Notes: generated from the letters alone by a model not told the origin. A DNA stretch of 64,000 bases from an uncultured Thermoplasmatales archaeon (GCA_964606745.1 CAZSHJ010000001.1:18091-82090), one strand, 5' to 3'; shown: positions 38,687 through 48,975, counted from the first letter of the stretch. Program-made: numbers and translations.

Positions 38687-39047
38687 CCTCTGGGATCTGC
38701 AAACCAAAACGCAGATACTTGGAAAATATCTTTCTCCATTCCTTATTAAAACAAATTTGTATAATTTTGGTCGTCCTCATTAATTCCATTAAGAATTTAA
38801 ATTAAATCTTGTTTTCATATCATACCTATGAAAAAAATAATAAATGAAGCTGGGGCCGAAAGAATGGCCATCTGCTTGCAAAGCATTAAGGTATATTTTG
38901 GAAGAAAATGGCTGTTTTATCCGTTTAATACCAAGCTATAAGATGTAAGGTTTGATTGAGAAATAGGCTCGAAATACGTGTAGGAGTTAGTTAACGTGAA
39001 AATTATTTGCTACTGCCTTTTAACGGCACCATTATCTTTTAAAGCAG

Positions 39048-39863
39048 GTGGATATTATTAAATTTATGGCATTTAAAATGATGGAGTTAAAGGTGGAAAA
39101 ATTTATTCTTAGCGAGTCTATTTCACTGATAGAGAGACTTTACGAAGAATTCGAGGAAGGTATAGATTTCAAAGATTTAAATTTCGGCCATTACAAGGAC
39201 GGTACAACAAATTATGAATTAGTTATCAGGGTAAAAATGGATTTTCTTTCTGATGAAACTGAGCAAAAGGCATTTGATATTGTTGGTGAGTTTAAGGATA
39301 TTCATAATAATATACTTGATATGTCCAGTCACTGGTTACCCCACACTCAAAAAGATGCCCGAGTTAGGAAAGCCATAACGTTAGCATCCAAATGCACAAT
39401 AAAAATTGGAAAACTCGATTGGTTTAAAGATTGTTGGATGAAAAATGAGAACGAAAATAATTTTCCGCCAAACGGCGATTTTTTAAAAGGGTTCTTTCAT
39501 TTGTTATTCAATCGACTAACAAATGTAGAGATGTTTTCTCAACAAGATGTTAATAGAATTTTTAGCGACAATAGCATAAAAAATTTAATAGAAGATTCCG
39601 TTAATGAGATTTATAAATTATGTGAAACTAACTTAAATGAATTTTTCCATTTTAACTTCTTTGAACGTTTCGAACATATGTTGTGTAATGATTTACTCTA
39701 TCTTGTATATTTTAGTGATGATGGTAAAGGACATTACAATAACGGGTATTATAACTTTTTATCGCCTTTTAGTTTACGTTACGATGCCAACGGAAGTAAA
39801 ACTGCAGACGAAGCTTGCAGACAATTCTGTAAAGAGATGAGGCAAACTTATGAAAAAAATTAG
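39048..39863 (+). CDS. Hypothetical protein (AT-rich, next to tRNA-Val 3' end)
   Basis: Long ORF, no motif recognised. Confidence 0.65.
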   Translation: MDIIKFMAFKMMELKVEKFILSESISLIERLYEEFEEGIDFKDLNFGHYKDGTTNYELVIRVKMDFLSDETEQKAFDIVGEFKDIHNNILDMSSHWLPHTQKDARVRKAITLASKCTIKIGKLDWFKDCWMKNENENNFPPNGDFLKGFFHLLFNRLTNVEMFSQQDVNRIFSDNSIKNLIEDSVNEIYKLCETNLNEFFHFNFFERFEHMLCNDLLYLVYFSDDGKGHYNNGYYNFLSPFSLRYDANGSKTADEACRQFCKEMRQTYEKN

Positions 39864-39941
39864 GTAATATTCAAATACACACATATTTATAGTATGGTAA
39901 AGATGAAAACCAACATTACAGTTGATGACTAATTACTTGAA

Positions 39942-40014
39942 TGGGCTAGGCCGGAATCGAACCGGCGACCTTTGCCTCGTAAAGGCAACGTCATAACCCC
40001 TAGACCACTAGCCC
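39942..40014 (-). tRNA. tRNA-Val(TAC)
   Basis: GGGCTAG...TTGCC-TT-TAC-GA-GGCAA...TTCGATT...CTAGCCC-A. Confidence 0.95.
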
Positions 40015-40028
40015 GTTTCGTATTACCA

Positions 40029-40826
40029 CTAGCTGTATGCTATGTCTTTTTCCCTGTGGTGCTGTGGCATCAGAATATCTATGCTGGTCTTAAAAGTTTC
40101 CTTGTCTATCTCTCCGGACAGCATCCTGTCAAGCATTGCCCTGACTTTTTCTTCTGGTTTCAAGGAGTCTATATTGTCAACGGTGTACTTGCGGAAGTAT
40201 TCCCTTACCATCTCATCGCTGCTGTGGTCATACCTCAACGTGCTCTCTATTCTTCTGTGCCTTGCCTTTCGCTGTACGATTCTTGGATTCACCCGGTTGT
40301 TCAGATCATTGGTTATTACGGATGGCTTTATCAGGTATGGATAGATGCTGCGCTCAAAGCCGGCACGTGCTGCGATTCTCTTCGTTGTATTGTAGACAAA
40401 GTCGCCCCTTCCGTTCTGCGGTGCGAATCCCTGATGGCTGCCCTTCGATATTATTATTAGCCTGTCCTCATCTTCCTTTCTCCTTGGCTTGCACCTGTAT
40501 GGCAGGTAGCCCTTTATTGCCTTCATAAGCCGCGGGCTCATTATGATGTAGTTGTCTCCTGTTTTTGTGTCGTCAAGGTAGAGCTTCTGGCTCTCAAAGT
40601 CTATGTTGCTTATCTTAAGCATGCACATCTCCGTTGGTCTCAGCAGCCCATCTATCTCCAGCATTGCTACCAGGTATTCCAGCTGGTCCTTGGTTGCATT
40701 GATGTATCTCTCAATCTCTTTCTCACTCATCACTGCCTTGTTTACCGGAACAGTTCTCGGAACAGACACTCTCAAATCTCTCCTTTCCAGAAATTTGCAT
40801 GTGAAGTTGTCCTGCTCTGCAGCCAT
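40029..40826 (-). CDS. Tyrosine recombinase/integrase, N-terminally truncated
   Basis: GLLRPTE (R), TKTG (K), ARH, TLRYDH (Y); HxxR box reads YLIK. Confidence 0.8.
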   Translation of the reverse strand: MAAEQDNFTCKFLERRDLRVSVPRTVPVNKAVMSEKEIERYINATKDQLEYLVAMLEIDGLLRPTEMCMLKISNIDFESQKLYLDDTKTGDNYIIMSPRLMKAIKGYLPYRCKPRRKEDEDRLIIISKGSHQGFAPQNGRGDFVYNTTKRIAARAGFERSIYPYLIKPSVITNDLNNRVNPRIVQRKARHRRIESTLRYDHSSDEMVREYFRKYTVDNIDSLKPEEKVRAMLDRMLSGEIDKETFKTSIDILMPQHHREKDIAYS

Positions 40827-40840
40827 ATAGTTCTGTCATA

Positions 40841-41389
40841 TCAATGTAGCAGGCCTTTCCCCTCTATTTCTTTATTAATCTGGCTGACTGCATTAAAAAC
40901 CTGCTCTGGTTTTTTTGCCCCTGCACATACAATTCTTCCCGAATTGAACAGCAGCAGTACCACCCCGAGGTCTGGACGGCGATATACCATACCTGGAAAT
41001 ATCTCTGGCTCATATTCCACGTTTTCAAGACCCAGAGCAGTTGCAGTCTCTACGAGATCGAGTTTTCCATGAAGGTCACCGGAAGCAACGATGTTCTGCA
41101 CATTAATGTCCGGTTTATCTGCAACCTCAAATCCTGCACGGCTGAGCATACCCATCACTCCCCACACACTTTTTTCAACGTCCTCAACGGTCTTGGCTCC
41201 CGTACATACCACTTTTCCACTGGTAAACAGAAGGAAGGATGCCTTCAATTCCTTTGGTCGCAGTACCAGCCCGGGAAAAACATTCGGGGTGTATTTGGTG
41301 TCGGGCAACTCTTTCTCAATCCTTCTCAGGTCAAGCGTGTCAGCGATGGATGCAGATGCCACGATGTTTTGAATCTTTATGTCAGCCAT
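40841..41389 (-). CDS. tbp: TATA-box binding protein (divergent paralog)
   Basis: Two repeats QNIVAS...FPG...LLF.SG.VVC.GAK. Confidence 0.93.
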   Translation of the reverse strand: MADIKIQNIVASASIADTLDLRRIEKELPDTKYTPNVFPGLVLRPKELKASFLLFTSGKVVCTGAKTVEDVEKSVWGVMGMLSRAGFEVADKPDINVQNIVASGDLHGKLDLVETATALGLENVEYEPEIFPGMVYRRPDLGVVLLLFNSGRIVCAGAKKPEQVFNAVSQINKEIEGKGLLH

Positions 41390-41561
41390 GATAGTTGCTA
41401 ATGCGCCCATCGACAATAAACGTTTCTATATGAGAATGCCCAGTGATTACAGACTTACCGATTTTCATCATCCAACAATTTTCAAAATGGTTCACCTTTA
41501 CTGATTGTATTTCCACAATTTACGGGTAAAACTGGACACACCATAAATGGCGGGGAGTATG

Positions 41562-42407
41562 TCACATTTCATAAGTCATCTCAGATCCAACCCAAAAATC
41601 ATGAACAGTTTCTAGGCCAAACCTAGCTTTTAGTTGCAAAATAGCTTTCTTACCTGTGCAGTGATTGAGATACAACTGGGGCATGTTGTAGGTTTTCTCA
41701 AGGACATCCCCTATATGCTCTACTTCCTTCCTCGGGAACGTCATCAAATGGGTTCCGCCCAAGATAGCACGTATTTCCTTGTTAAACAGCTTACTAACAT
41801 GAATGCATGTATTGAGAAGTCCAGCATGGCAGCATCCTGCAACAATTACCAATCCCTTTTTGGTATCAAGAACGAGTGAAAGGTCATCGGAGAGGGGATC
41901 CCGTTCTCGCCTTCCATTTACCTTGTGAGTCATATACCATGCAGTGCTGTCTTTTTCTGGGCGGTCCGTAATTTCCCCTGTAGTGGTTAAACCATGGACA
42001 ACCTCAAAAGATTCCTTTACAAAACTGAATTTAATCCCTCGTTTTTGCTTTTCACTCAGCTCAGGGAAGCCTATTGGATAAAAATACAAAAAGCGTTTCG
42101 GCTCAATGGCTGCCGGATGCATGATAACTTCAATTACTTCTCTTCCTGTCCTTGCAGAGAGGAATGCAGGGAGACCGCCCGTGTGGTCTGAATGACCGTG
42201 AGAAAAAACAATTGTATCTATTTCGTCTGGGGAGATGCCAAGTGTCTTCATGTTGTTTAAAAGAATGTCGCCTCTGCGACCTGTATCAAAAAGTATTCTT
42301 TCCTCCCCGATTTCAAAGTAGAAAGAATTACCGTAGTCTGACTTCAACCCTTTGTCTTGTAAGGCATTGTTATTGTAGACATTAAGGATTCTAACCTTCA
42401 TTTTCAT
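41562..42407 (-). CDS. MBL-fold metallohydrolase (COG1237-like)
   Basis: LFDTG, SHGHSDHTGG, GCCHAG, GGTHL, HCTG. Confidence 0.9.
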   Translation of the reverse strand: MKMKVRILNVYNNNALQDKGLKSDYGNSFYFEIGEERILFDTGRRGDILLNNMKTLGISPDEIDTIVFSHGHSDHTGGLPAFLSARTGREVIEVIMHPAAIEPKRFLYFYPIGFPELSEKQKRGIKFSFVKESFEVVHGLTTTGEITDRPEKDSTAWYMTHKVNGRRERDPLSDDLSLVLDTKKGLVIVAGCCHAGLLNTCIHVSKLFNKEIRAILGGTHLMTFPRKEVEHIGDVLEKTYNMPQLYLNHCTGKKAILQLKARFGLETVHDFWVGSEMTYEM

Positions 42408-42938
42408 AAGTAAGACTTAATTGTTTTTATATAACTATTGCTTCGGCATATGCGAATCTAGTTTGTGCACCCTTGTCTATTCTGAATTTGGGGATTGCAA
42501 AAAATGCCTTTGGCGTTTCTTCTATTTCTCTCTAGAAAGTACTTTCAGATGTGGTGAACTTCTGCATCATCTGGATTCAAAGAACTCCAGATAACATGAT
42601 AACCCATTTTCTCCAGGACTTCAAGGCCTAAATTATAACTCCGAAGGATTTCCCCTACATTAGAGACTTTCCTGTCATCTATTTCATCTATTTTGCGCTT
42701 GCAGGTACTCTACGATGCTTTTTACGTAGAATTTGTAATCAAATTTTTGCTTGAGACAAGTAAAAATCAGCAAAATTGATGTTTTCAGTCAGCTATATTC
42801 CGAAGTACTGTTCTTCAAATCCTCAACAGTCAGTGAGTATTCCAAAATTTGGATTGTATTTAATTCCATTAAAATTTTTTTTAAATTAAATTTATATTTA
42901 AAGATGTCCTATAAGAAATTGAAAAATATTGGAGAAGG

Positions 42939-43940
42939 ATGAGTAAAGAAAATTGGATGAAAAAAAGTAAGATATACCGTAAAGGATTTCAATCCGCTAG
43001 TTCATATATTAGAAAACAAAACTTTGTGCATTACCTTCCCGTAGTTGTCCAGCCAACGGACTTGGGAAATGAAAGCTGGGCGTTTATATGGGCGGCGATT
43101 CGCTCTTATGATGACTTAACGGATAAACAAGGTTTAACTTTTAACCAGAAAGATGAGTTACACGTGGATATATATGAAGCTGCACATGAAATGTATAACA
43201 ATTCATTTGATGTTGAAAAGGCTGATAGCGAGTTAATAAAGTGGCTCTACTTTTACATTCAAAATGATGTGGAATATGAACTCGGGACATATAGATACCT
43301 CTGCTTGCTCCATGAATCAAACGTAGAGGACCATGAAAGGAGGGGAAAGATATATACCAATAAACAACTCAGCTACCTTATCCACAAAAAAGCAGCTTGC
43401 TTTTTCAAAGTAATATATAGCTTTGGTTTTGAGTTTAATAATGTATTATGTGAAAACCTTGGTCGAGCTCTCCAGATTGAAGACGACATAATGGATATGA
43501 AATTCGATTTGTCAGTTGACCAGATCAACATTACAAAAGAAGATATAGACAAATTTGAAATAGACTTGGATTCACCCGATTTATTATCACAACTACAAGT
43601 CAAGGGGTTCTATAATTACCGGGGCACTCAAGTCTTGCAACACCTTAAAATGGCGAGAAATGCGGCAATGAATATTGAAGATAGCTGGACGAGAAAGTTC
43701 TCTTTAATGGCAACTGAATTACTCGCTGCTCCAGTACTCGAAAATAGATTTAGACCTGGAGGTAGATATTATGTAAAAGGAGGGAAAATGTTAAACTCCC
43801 TACTTCCTAAGGATGAAAAAAGGGCGTATCATCGGGGTCATAGACTCATTAAAATGCTCTCTCGTTTCATTCCACAATGTAACCATTTTTCTCTAAATGA
43901 GAGACTCAGTCAATTGCCTGAAAAGGAACCCTGTATTTAG
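42939..43940 (+). CDS. Class I isoprenoid synthase-fold protein (squalene/phytoene/terpene synthase-like)
   Basis: RSYDDLTD (DDxxD) and LGRALQIEDDIMDMKFDL second acidic motif. Confidence 0.65.
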   Translation: MSKENWMKKSKIYRKGFQSASSYIRKQNFVHYLPVVVQPTDLGNESWAFIWAAIRSYDDLTDKQGLTFNQKDELHVDIYEAAHEMYNNSFDVEKADSELIKWLYFYIQNDVEYELGTYRYLCLLHESNVEDHERRGKIYTNKQLSYLIHKKAACFFKVIYSFGFEFNNVLCENLGRALQIEDDIMDMKFDLSVDQINITKEDIDKFEIDLDSPDLLSQLQVKGFYNYRGTQVLQHLKMARNAAMNIEDSWTRKFSLMATELLAAPVLENRFRPGGRYYVKGGKMLNSLLPKDEKRAYHRGHRLIKMLSRFIPQCNHFSLNERLSQLPEKEPCI

Positions 43941-44243
43941 TTTAAAATTGTGATTGTGCATTGTAGTGCATTAAATCTATCCAACACTACCCAATTTGCT
44001 TTTTGCATTTTCATTTTTTCCACCAAAATCCGCAAAATGGTGTGCTATTTTTTTGGCAGTGCGTTCTTACCTCAAAGCGAAGCTTTGGGAACAGATATCA
44101 ACTTTTTGATAACCCCTAGACCACTAGCCCACTACAATATTCCTGCAATATTCCGTATATACAATCTCCCTTTTAATTTTTTGTTTATTAATAGCATTGT
44201 TCATCCCAGCAAAAGTCTGCCCTCCAGTCGCTGGAACAACCCA

Positions 44244-45890
44244 TCAGACCAGAATCATGCCGAGAATCATTGCCACCACCAGCTGGAGGGATATTGCCAG
44301 AAAGAAAAGGATTATCGCCTTTCCCCCTACTTTGAGAACGGCTCCTTCCAAATTTTTAAAAAAGTTGCTGCCGATTACTTTTGCCTCAACATCTTTTTTG
44401 CAATAACTTATTTTGCCTCCTTCTTTTACATTTTCAAAGTCCATTTTTTTCAAAAAATCAAATACGGCATCAACATCGCTTTCGTCTGCACCTGCAGGTT
44501 CGTATTCCAGCTTTGGCGGCATGCCCGTCTTTGCATGGTCATCTGGAGACAACACAACCGGCTTGACTCCCTTATCGATAAGAAATCGCTCTACCATCAA
44601 TCTAAAACTTTTTTCGATATTGTTTGAATCTATCATAAAAATCGCATATTTCTCATCGCCATAGTCCAGTATTAGCATCGCCAGATACTCGCATATATTT
44701 AAAGAATTAACCTTTTCTCTTACAAGGGACCAGCTGACTTCACTCTCTTCCGTCTCAATACCTGCGGCCTTTTCTATGAGTGATTTAATTTCCTGCGATT
44801 CCTCCGGTGCAACGTTATACCCTTTCTTGTATGAATTGTGTGCATCACATATCAGGATATCCCCAAACGTATCTGCAAATTCCTGTATTTCTGGCGGCAG
44901 GTCGTCTATGGCATTTGTCCCGCTCACAACCATCAAACGAAAACCATCGAATGGGAAAACCGTGATTTTAAATCTCTCATTTTTTACCCCGTAGGGTTTC
45001 ATTGCCCTAAGCGTTTTACAGTCGCAAGCGATATGGTTTATCATCTTTTCCACCTCCTTTTCACTAACCATATTTTCATTATGGGTAGCTGCTGAGTGGA
45101 GGTACATCGTATCCCCCATATCGAGGATTTTTTTCACCAAGCTTGCTCCGCCGACATTTCTGAAGGGACCGGGATGAAAAGAGTTTGAAATCATCTTTAC
45201 TTTTCCTACTGACAGGCATCTTACCCATCCCTTTTTCATCACCCCTGCTTCATCAAGTTTTTTCTCGATATGGACAGGATTTGCCGTGAGCCAGAATAAA
45301 AGGAATGCTCTCAAAAAATCCTTTATGTTGAAACCAAAGTCCCTGTCAAGGAATCTTATGTAAAGATAACTCAGGAAAACACCCACCGCGGCTATGAAAA
45401 CATAGGTGGCCGTCAGGATATAGAAATCAAAGCGGCTGGGGGCATCGAAGGCATACTTGTAGTTGAAGGGATAAATAAAAAGAACTATGACCAGAGACAC
45501 CGCATAGATCCTGTCCTCGTCTGCCTCTGACGAAAAATAAAGAATAATAGTAAGGAAAGATGATATGAGTGCGGGAGTGAGAGATATTAGATAAGGGGTT
45601 CCGAAATGAAAAACTATGAAATCAAAAATTTCGATAGAAATTAAAATAAGTAGAGATAAAAAGAAAGTTCTTCTGCCGTCGAATGCAAGTTTTATTGTCT
45701 TGCCCAGAATAAGAATTAATAGAAGAAGAATAAGACCGAGAATCAGATATCGTCTGGCAAAAAATTCTCTTGCTAGTCCATATTGCAATGAAGCAAACAC
45801 GATGGTGATAACCCCCAGTGTGGCGGAAATCCTCTTCCTCGGAAGGGTGAATATCTTCGAATAGAACCTCTCAAAGATGGTTTTGTCCAT
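44244..45890 (-). CDS. DUF2070 family membrane protein
   Basis: N-terminal TM bundle; HPGPFRNVGG, DAHN, DSNN, DDH. Confidence 0.8.
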   Translation of the reverse strand: MDKTIFERFYSKIFTLPRKRISATLGVITIVFASLQYGLAREFFARRYLILGLILLLLILILGKTIKLAFDGRRTFFLSLLILISIEIFDFIVFHFGTPYLISLTPALISSFLTIILYFSSEADEDRIYAVSLVIVLFIYPFNYKYAFDAPSRFDFYILTATYVFIAAVGVFLSYLYIRFLDRDFGFNIKDFLRAFLLFWLTANPVHIEKKLDEAGVMKKGWVRCLSVGKVKMISNSFHPGPFRNVGGASLVKKILDMGDTMYLHSAATHNENMVSEKEVEKMINHIACDCKTLRAMKPYGVKNERFKITVFPFDGFRLMVVSGTNAIDDLPPEIQEFADTFGDILICDAHNSYKKGYNVAPEESQEIKSLIEKAAGIETEESEVSWSLVREKVNSLNICEYLAMLILDYGDEKYAIFMIDSNNIEKSFRLMVERFLIDKGVKPVVLSPDDHAKTGMPPKLEYEPAGADESDVDAVFDFLKKMDFENVKEGGKISYCKKDVEAKVIGSNFFKNLEGAVLKVGGKAIILFFLAISLQLVVAMILGMILV

Positions 45891-46083
45891 ATTAATGTCA
45901 TAAGTATATCTGGTTCTGATTTTTAACATTTGATATATATTCTGAGTGTTAAGGTACAAGCAAAAAAAGAAAAGCTGGAGGAGGGCAGCTTTAAATTTAA
46001 TGGTATACTCCCGGATAATTATTGGAGCAAACTGATAATTGAAGGGCCCCGCAGAGTTGTAGAAGAAAAAGAAGAGGGATAAA

Positions 46084-47769
46084 TTAAGATGCAGTTATGC
46101 CGAAAAGTTGCAGTATCCACACCATAATTTTTTCCAGCAATGTCTGATGCATCAGAGGCATGCTGACAGGTAGCGGATCCGACCAGTCGCTCTGGGCACC
46201 ATTTTCATCTTTTGCTTTGACCTTTATTTCGTAGTTTCCTGTCTCGGTCCATATGTGGGATGTATTTGCTTCTTCCCCGGAGTTGTACGGCCCCATCCAT
46301 CCGCTGTCTGTTCCATCACCCCAATCAAATAAATAATATATCCGGTCCCCATCTGGGTCGGTGGTGCTGGCCGTATAGGTGTATTCCGTCCTCGATTTTC
46401 CTGAAGTAGTGCCCTCCGGCGCATCCGGTTTTTCGGGGGGCTGTGAATCGCCTGCAATCACAAGCGAAGGGTCACCGAAAGGCTGGGACTCTTCAACCGT
46501 TATATAATCGATTTGATCCATTACGGCGGTTGACATATACGTGGTGAGCGATTTGCTCCACAGCTCGCCAAATGTTTTCGTGCCTTCAATGTAATGCGTA
46601 GATAATTCCAGGCAAAGTTTTTCAACACCCTTGGTCGTGATATTCGTACCACCATAGGAGAGGTCGATATCTGTCCCACCAAGAAATGCGATGGCGCCGC
46701 CATTTGGATTTGTGATAAATGTCCACCCGAAACAATCACTCCTTATATCATATTTGCAGTGATAACATGCATCAGATATTACTACGGGAAGTTTATTTCC
46801 ATTGGAGAGAGTATTGATATGTGAATTTCTATAAAATCCCGGCGGCATCCATACGTTTTCATTTTCATGGGGATGCGTGCCCCACAAATCCATATTACCA
46901 TGGCCGTTGAAAAACACGAAGCCTGCACCATCATCGATTGCATCATTGATATCCGATGCTTGATCAAGTTTTCCATTTGATGCCCAGATTTTAGTTGGTG
47001 AAAAACCATCCATGATATCAAATACCGCTTTTTGGACATACTCGCCTTCGTCTATCTGTTCTCCATCTCCGGGCAGGGAATCCCCTCCGATGGCAACGAT
47101 ATTGGTAAACCAACTTTGCTTGTATGCCTCACCTGTTTCATATGCGATAATTTTGTTAACACATGTGGCAACCTCGTTTTCGTTTATGCATGCAAGCCTG
47201 CCGAGATAGATATCTGGATATAAATTCACTTCATCGGTATTGCCATGCCAGTCATATTCACCGAAGACACCGTTTTCATTGCTATCCCAGCTAGAGAAAC
47301 TTCCATCGCTGTCATAAATATCGGCGTAGTACAAATCAGATAAAAAAACCCATTCATTGGGAGTGGAGTATAAATCAAAATCACCATAATAGATATGCGT
47401 GTATCTGCCGGGAAGCTGTTCTGCCCCGCCAACAAGCAAAACGAATCTTATGCCCCAATTTTCTATTGCATCTTTAATAAAATATTTGATTTTCTCCTGA
47501 TTATCCCGACCTTGTGCCGGAAAATAGGTACCGCTGTATATCTCGTCAATCATCACAAGTTTTGTATATAGTCCCCTGTTATTTTTATGCTCTAACAGGG
47601 GTTGGAGCGCCGAAGAAAATATCTCGGGTGCGATGATAGCCATGTCATACTCTTCATTTTGCGGTAATGAATATTTTGCAGATAAAACAGATTCACTCTC
47701 TGAAAAAGTTGTGTTCATACCTGCAAGCGTTGAGGTACCCAGAAGTATTATACCAATTACAATTGTCAT
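46084..47769 (-). CDS. Secreted gingipain-family (C25) cysteine peptidase with PKD domain
   Basis: FVLLVGG, SDLYYAD, LGRL, FNGHG, DACY, FGDPSL; PKD and WSDPLPVSMP tail. Confidence 0.9.
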   Translation of the reverse strand: MTIVIGIILLGTSTLAGMNTTFSESESVLSAKYSLPQNEEYDMAIIAPEIFSSALQPLLEHKNNRGLYTKLVMIDEIYSGTYFPAQGRDNQEKIKYFIKDAIENWGIRFVLLVGGAEQLPGRYTHIYYGDFDLYSTPNEWVFLSDLYYADIYDSDGSFSSWDSNENGVFGEYDWHGNTDEVNLYPDIYLGRLACINENEVATCVNKIIAYETGEAYKQSWFTNIVAIGGDSLPGDGEQIDEGEYVQKAVFDIMDGFSPTKIWASNGKLDQASDINDAIDDGAGFVFFNGHGNMDLWGTHPHENENVWMPPGFYRNSHINTLSNGNKLPVVISDACYHCKYDIRSDCFGWTFITNPNGGAIAFLGGTDIDLSYGGTNITTKGVEKLCLELSTHYIEGTKTFGELWSKSLTTYMSTAVMDQIDYITVEESQPFGDPSLVIAGDSQPPEKPDAPEGTTSGKSRTEYTYTASTTDPDGDRIYYLFDWGDGTDSGWMGPYNSGEEANTSHIWTETGNYEIKVKAKDENGAQSDWSDPLPVSMPLMHQTLLEKIMVWILQLFGITAS

Positions 47770-47884
47770 TACAACATTAATCTTAATTTTATCACCTCAA
47801 TTTCTAAACCGATTGGGTGTATTTAAGACCACTTTCAAAAATTTGTGCATAATTACAAAATTTTATACCATTAACAGATAAAAG

Positions 47885-47970
47885 CGCTGAGGGAGGGATT
47901 TGAACCCTCGTGGGACCGAAGCCCCACAGGCTCTCCAGGCCTGCGCCTTTCCGAGCTGGGCTACCTCAGC
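47885..47970 (-). tRNA. tRNA-Ser(GGA)
   Basis: GCTGAGG...CAGGC-CT-GGA-GA-GCCTG, long variable arm, TTCAAAT, G73. Confidence 0.95.
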
Positions 47971-47973
47971 ATT

Positions 47974-48975
47974 CTATTTTTTAGTTTTTTTCCACATGGG
48001 CGGATACGTTCCCTTTCTCATGAGTACACGTGTCGTATTAACTGCAATGCCTTTATCTTTTTCCATCATGTCCCTTGTAGATATCATAGCTGTTCCTATT
48101 GCAACGCCCTCACCCTTCAGTGTTTTTACGGCAACTACAGTATCCTTCTTTATTCCGGTGTCGACCTGCAGCACCCCGGGTAGGGTGAGATAAGCCCCGT
48201 GGCATATTGCATCTACGGCAGAGTCCCTCACCACAACATATGGGAGGTGGATAAGTAAATCCTCCATGGGCAGTATAATATTTTTTATTTCCTCATCATC
48301 CTCTTCCTTCCAGAAAACGTAAGCATCAAGTACATCATGAAGCGTGTGGGCATCCTTTTCCTCGAAAACGCCTCCTCTTGTCCGCCTCAACTCATGCATG
48401 TGGGCATCGCATCCAAGCTCCTTTCCGATATCATCACACAAAACCCTTATGTATGTCCCGCCCTCGCATCCCACTTTGAACAGTACATCCCTTCCTTTTA
48501 TTTCGAGAATATCAAGATAATAAATCTCCCGTTCCCTCTCAACCCGCTTAACGGCGGCCTCTTTGGGCGGCGTCTGCCTTATTCTTCCAACAAAATGGCT
48601 GCACACCTCTCTTATTCGCCCCTCGTCCGCATCGCCTTGAAGGCGCATGACAGTCATGTATTCCTTGCCAGCAGAATGAAGCAAGCCTATTGCCCTCGTG
48701 GCATTCAAAAGCGCAACCGGCAGAATGCCCGTAACATTGGGATCAAGCGTTCCTCCGTGCCCTGCCTTCTCCACCCCGAAAATATCCCTTACCCATGCAC
48801 TGACCTGGTGAGAAGTCGGACCTGCCGGCTTGTCGATGATTACAACGCCGTTCTCAATCAACTCCCCAATGCTTCTCTTTGACGGCTCCTTCCCGTAACT
48901 GGGATTTGTCTCAGCCTCTGCCCTTATAAGCCTTCTCCGTTTTTCATGAAGCATTTTCCGATAAATGGGATGCAT
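47974..48975 (-). CDS. cbf5: H/ACA pseudouridine synthase Cbf5 (archaeal TruB)
   Basis: DKPAGPTSHQV, GHGGTLDP, GTYIR, PUA domain, GTYPPMWK. Confidence 0.96.
   Translation of the reverse strand: MHPIYRKMLHEKRRRLIRAEAETNPSYGKEPSKRSIGELIENGVVIIDKPAGPTSHQVSAWVRDIFGVEKAGHGGTLDPNVTGILPVALLNATRAIGLLHSAGKEYMTVMRLQGDADEGRIREVCSHFVGRIRQTPPKEAAVKRVEREREIYYLDILEIKGRDVLFKVGCEGGTYIRVLCDDIGKELGCDAHMHELRRTRGGVFEEKDAHTLHDVLDAYVFWKEEDDEEIKNIILPMEDLLIHLPYVVVRDSAVDAICHGAYLTLPGVLQVDTGIKKDTVVAVKTLKGEGVAIGTAMISTRDMMEKDKGIAVNTTRVLMRKGTYPPMWKKTKK

Larger units (their letters stand above)
39993..44130. mobile_element. Integrated element remnant in tRNA-Val, bounded by 22-bp att repeats
   Basis: ATAACCCCTAGACCACTAGCCC at 39993-40014 and 44109-44130; tyrosine integrase next to the tRNA. 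Confidence 0.88.

Noticed and set aside
40830..40838. GTTCTGTCA resembling an IS6 IR at the integrase truncation point
   Set aside because: Only 8 bp match, lacks the terminal GG, and no partner end was found
42546..42710. Minus-strand open stretch ...LEVLEKMGYHVIW... as a nuclease remnant
   Set aside because: No start codon and too short to assign
43950..44627. 225-aa + strand ORF
   Set aside because: Spans the att repeat and is antisense to the DUF2070 gene; composition is not protein-like
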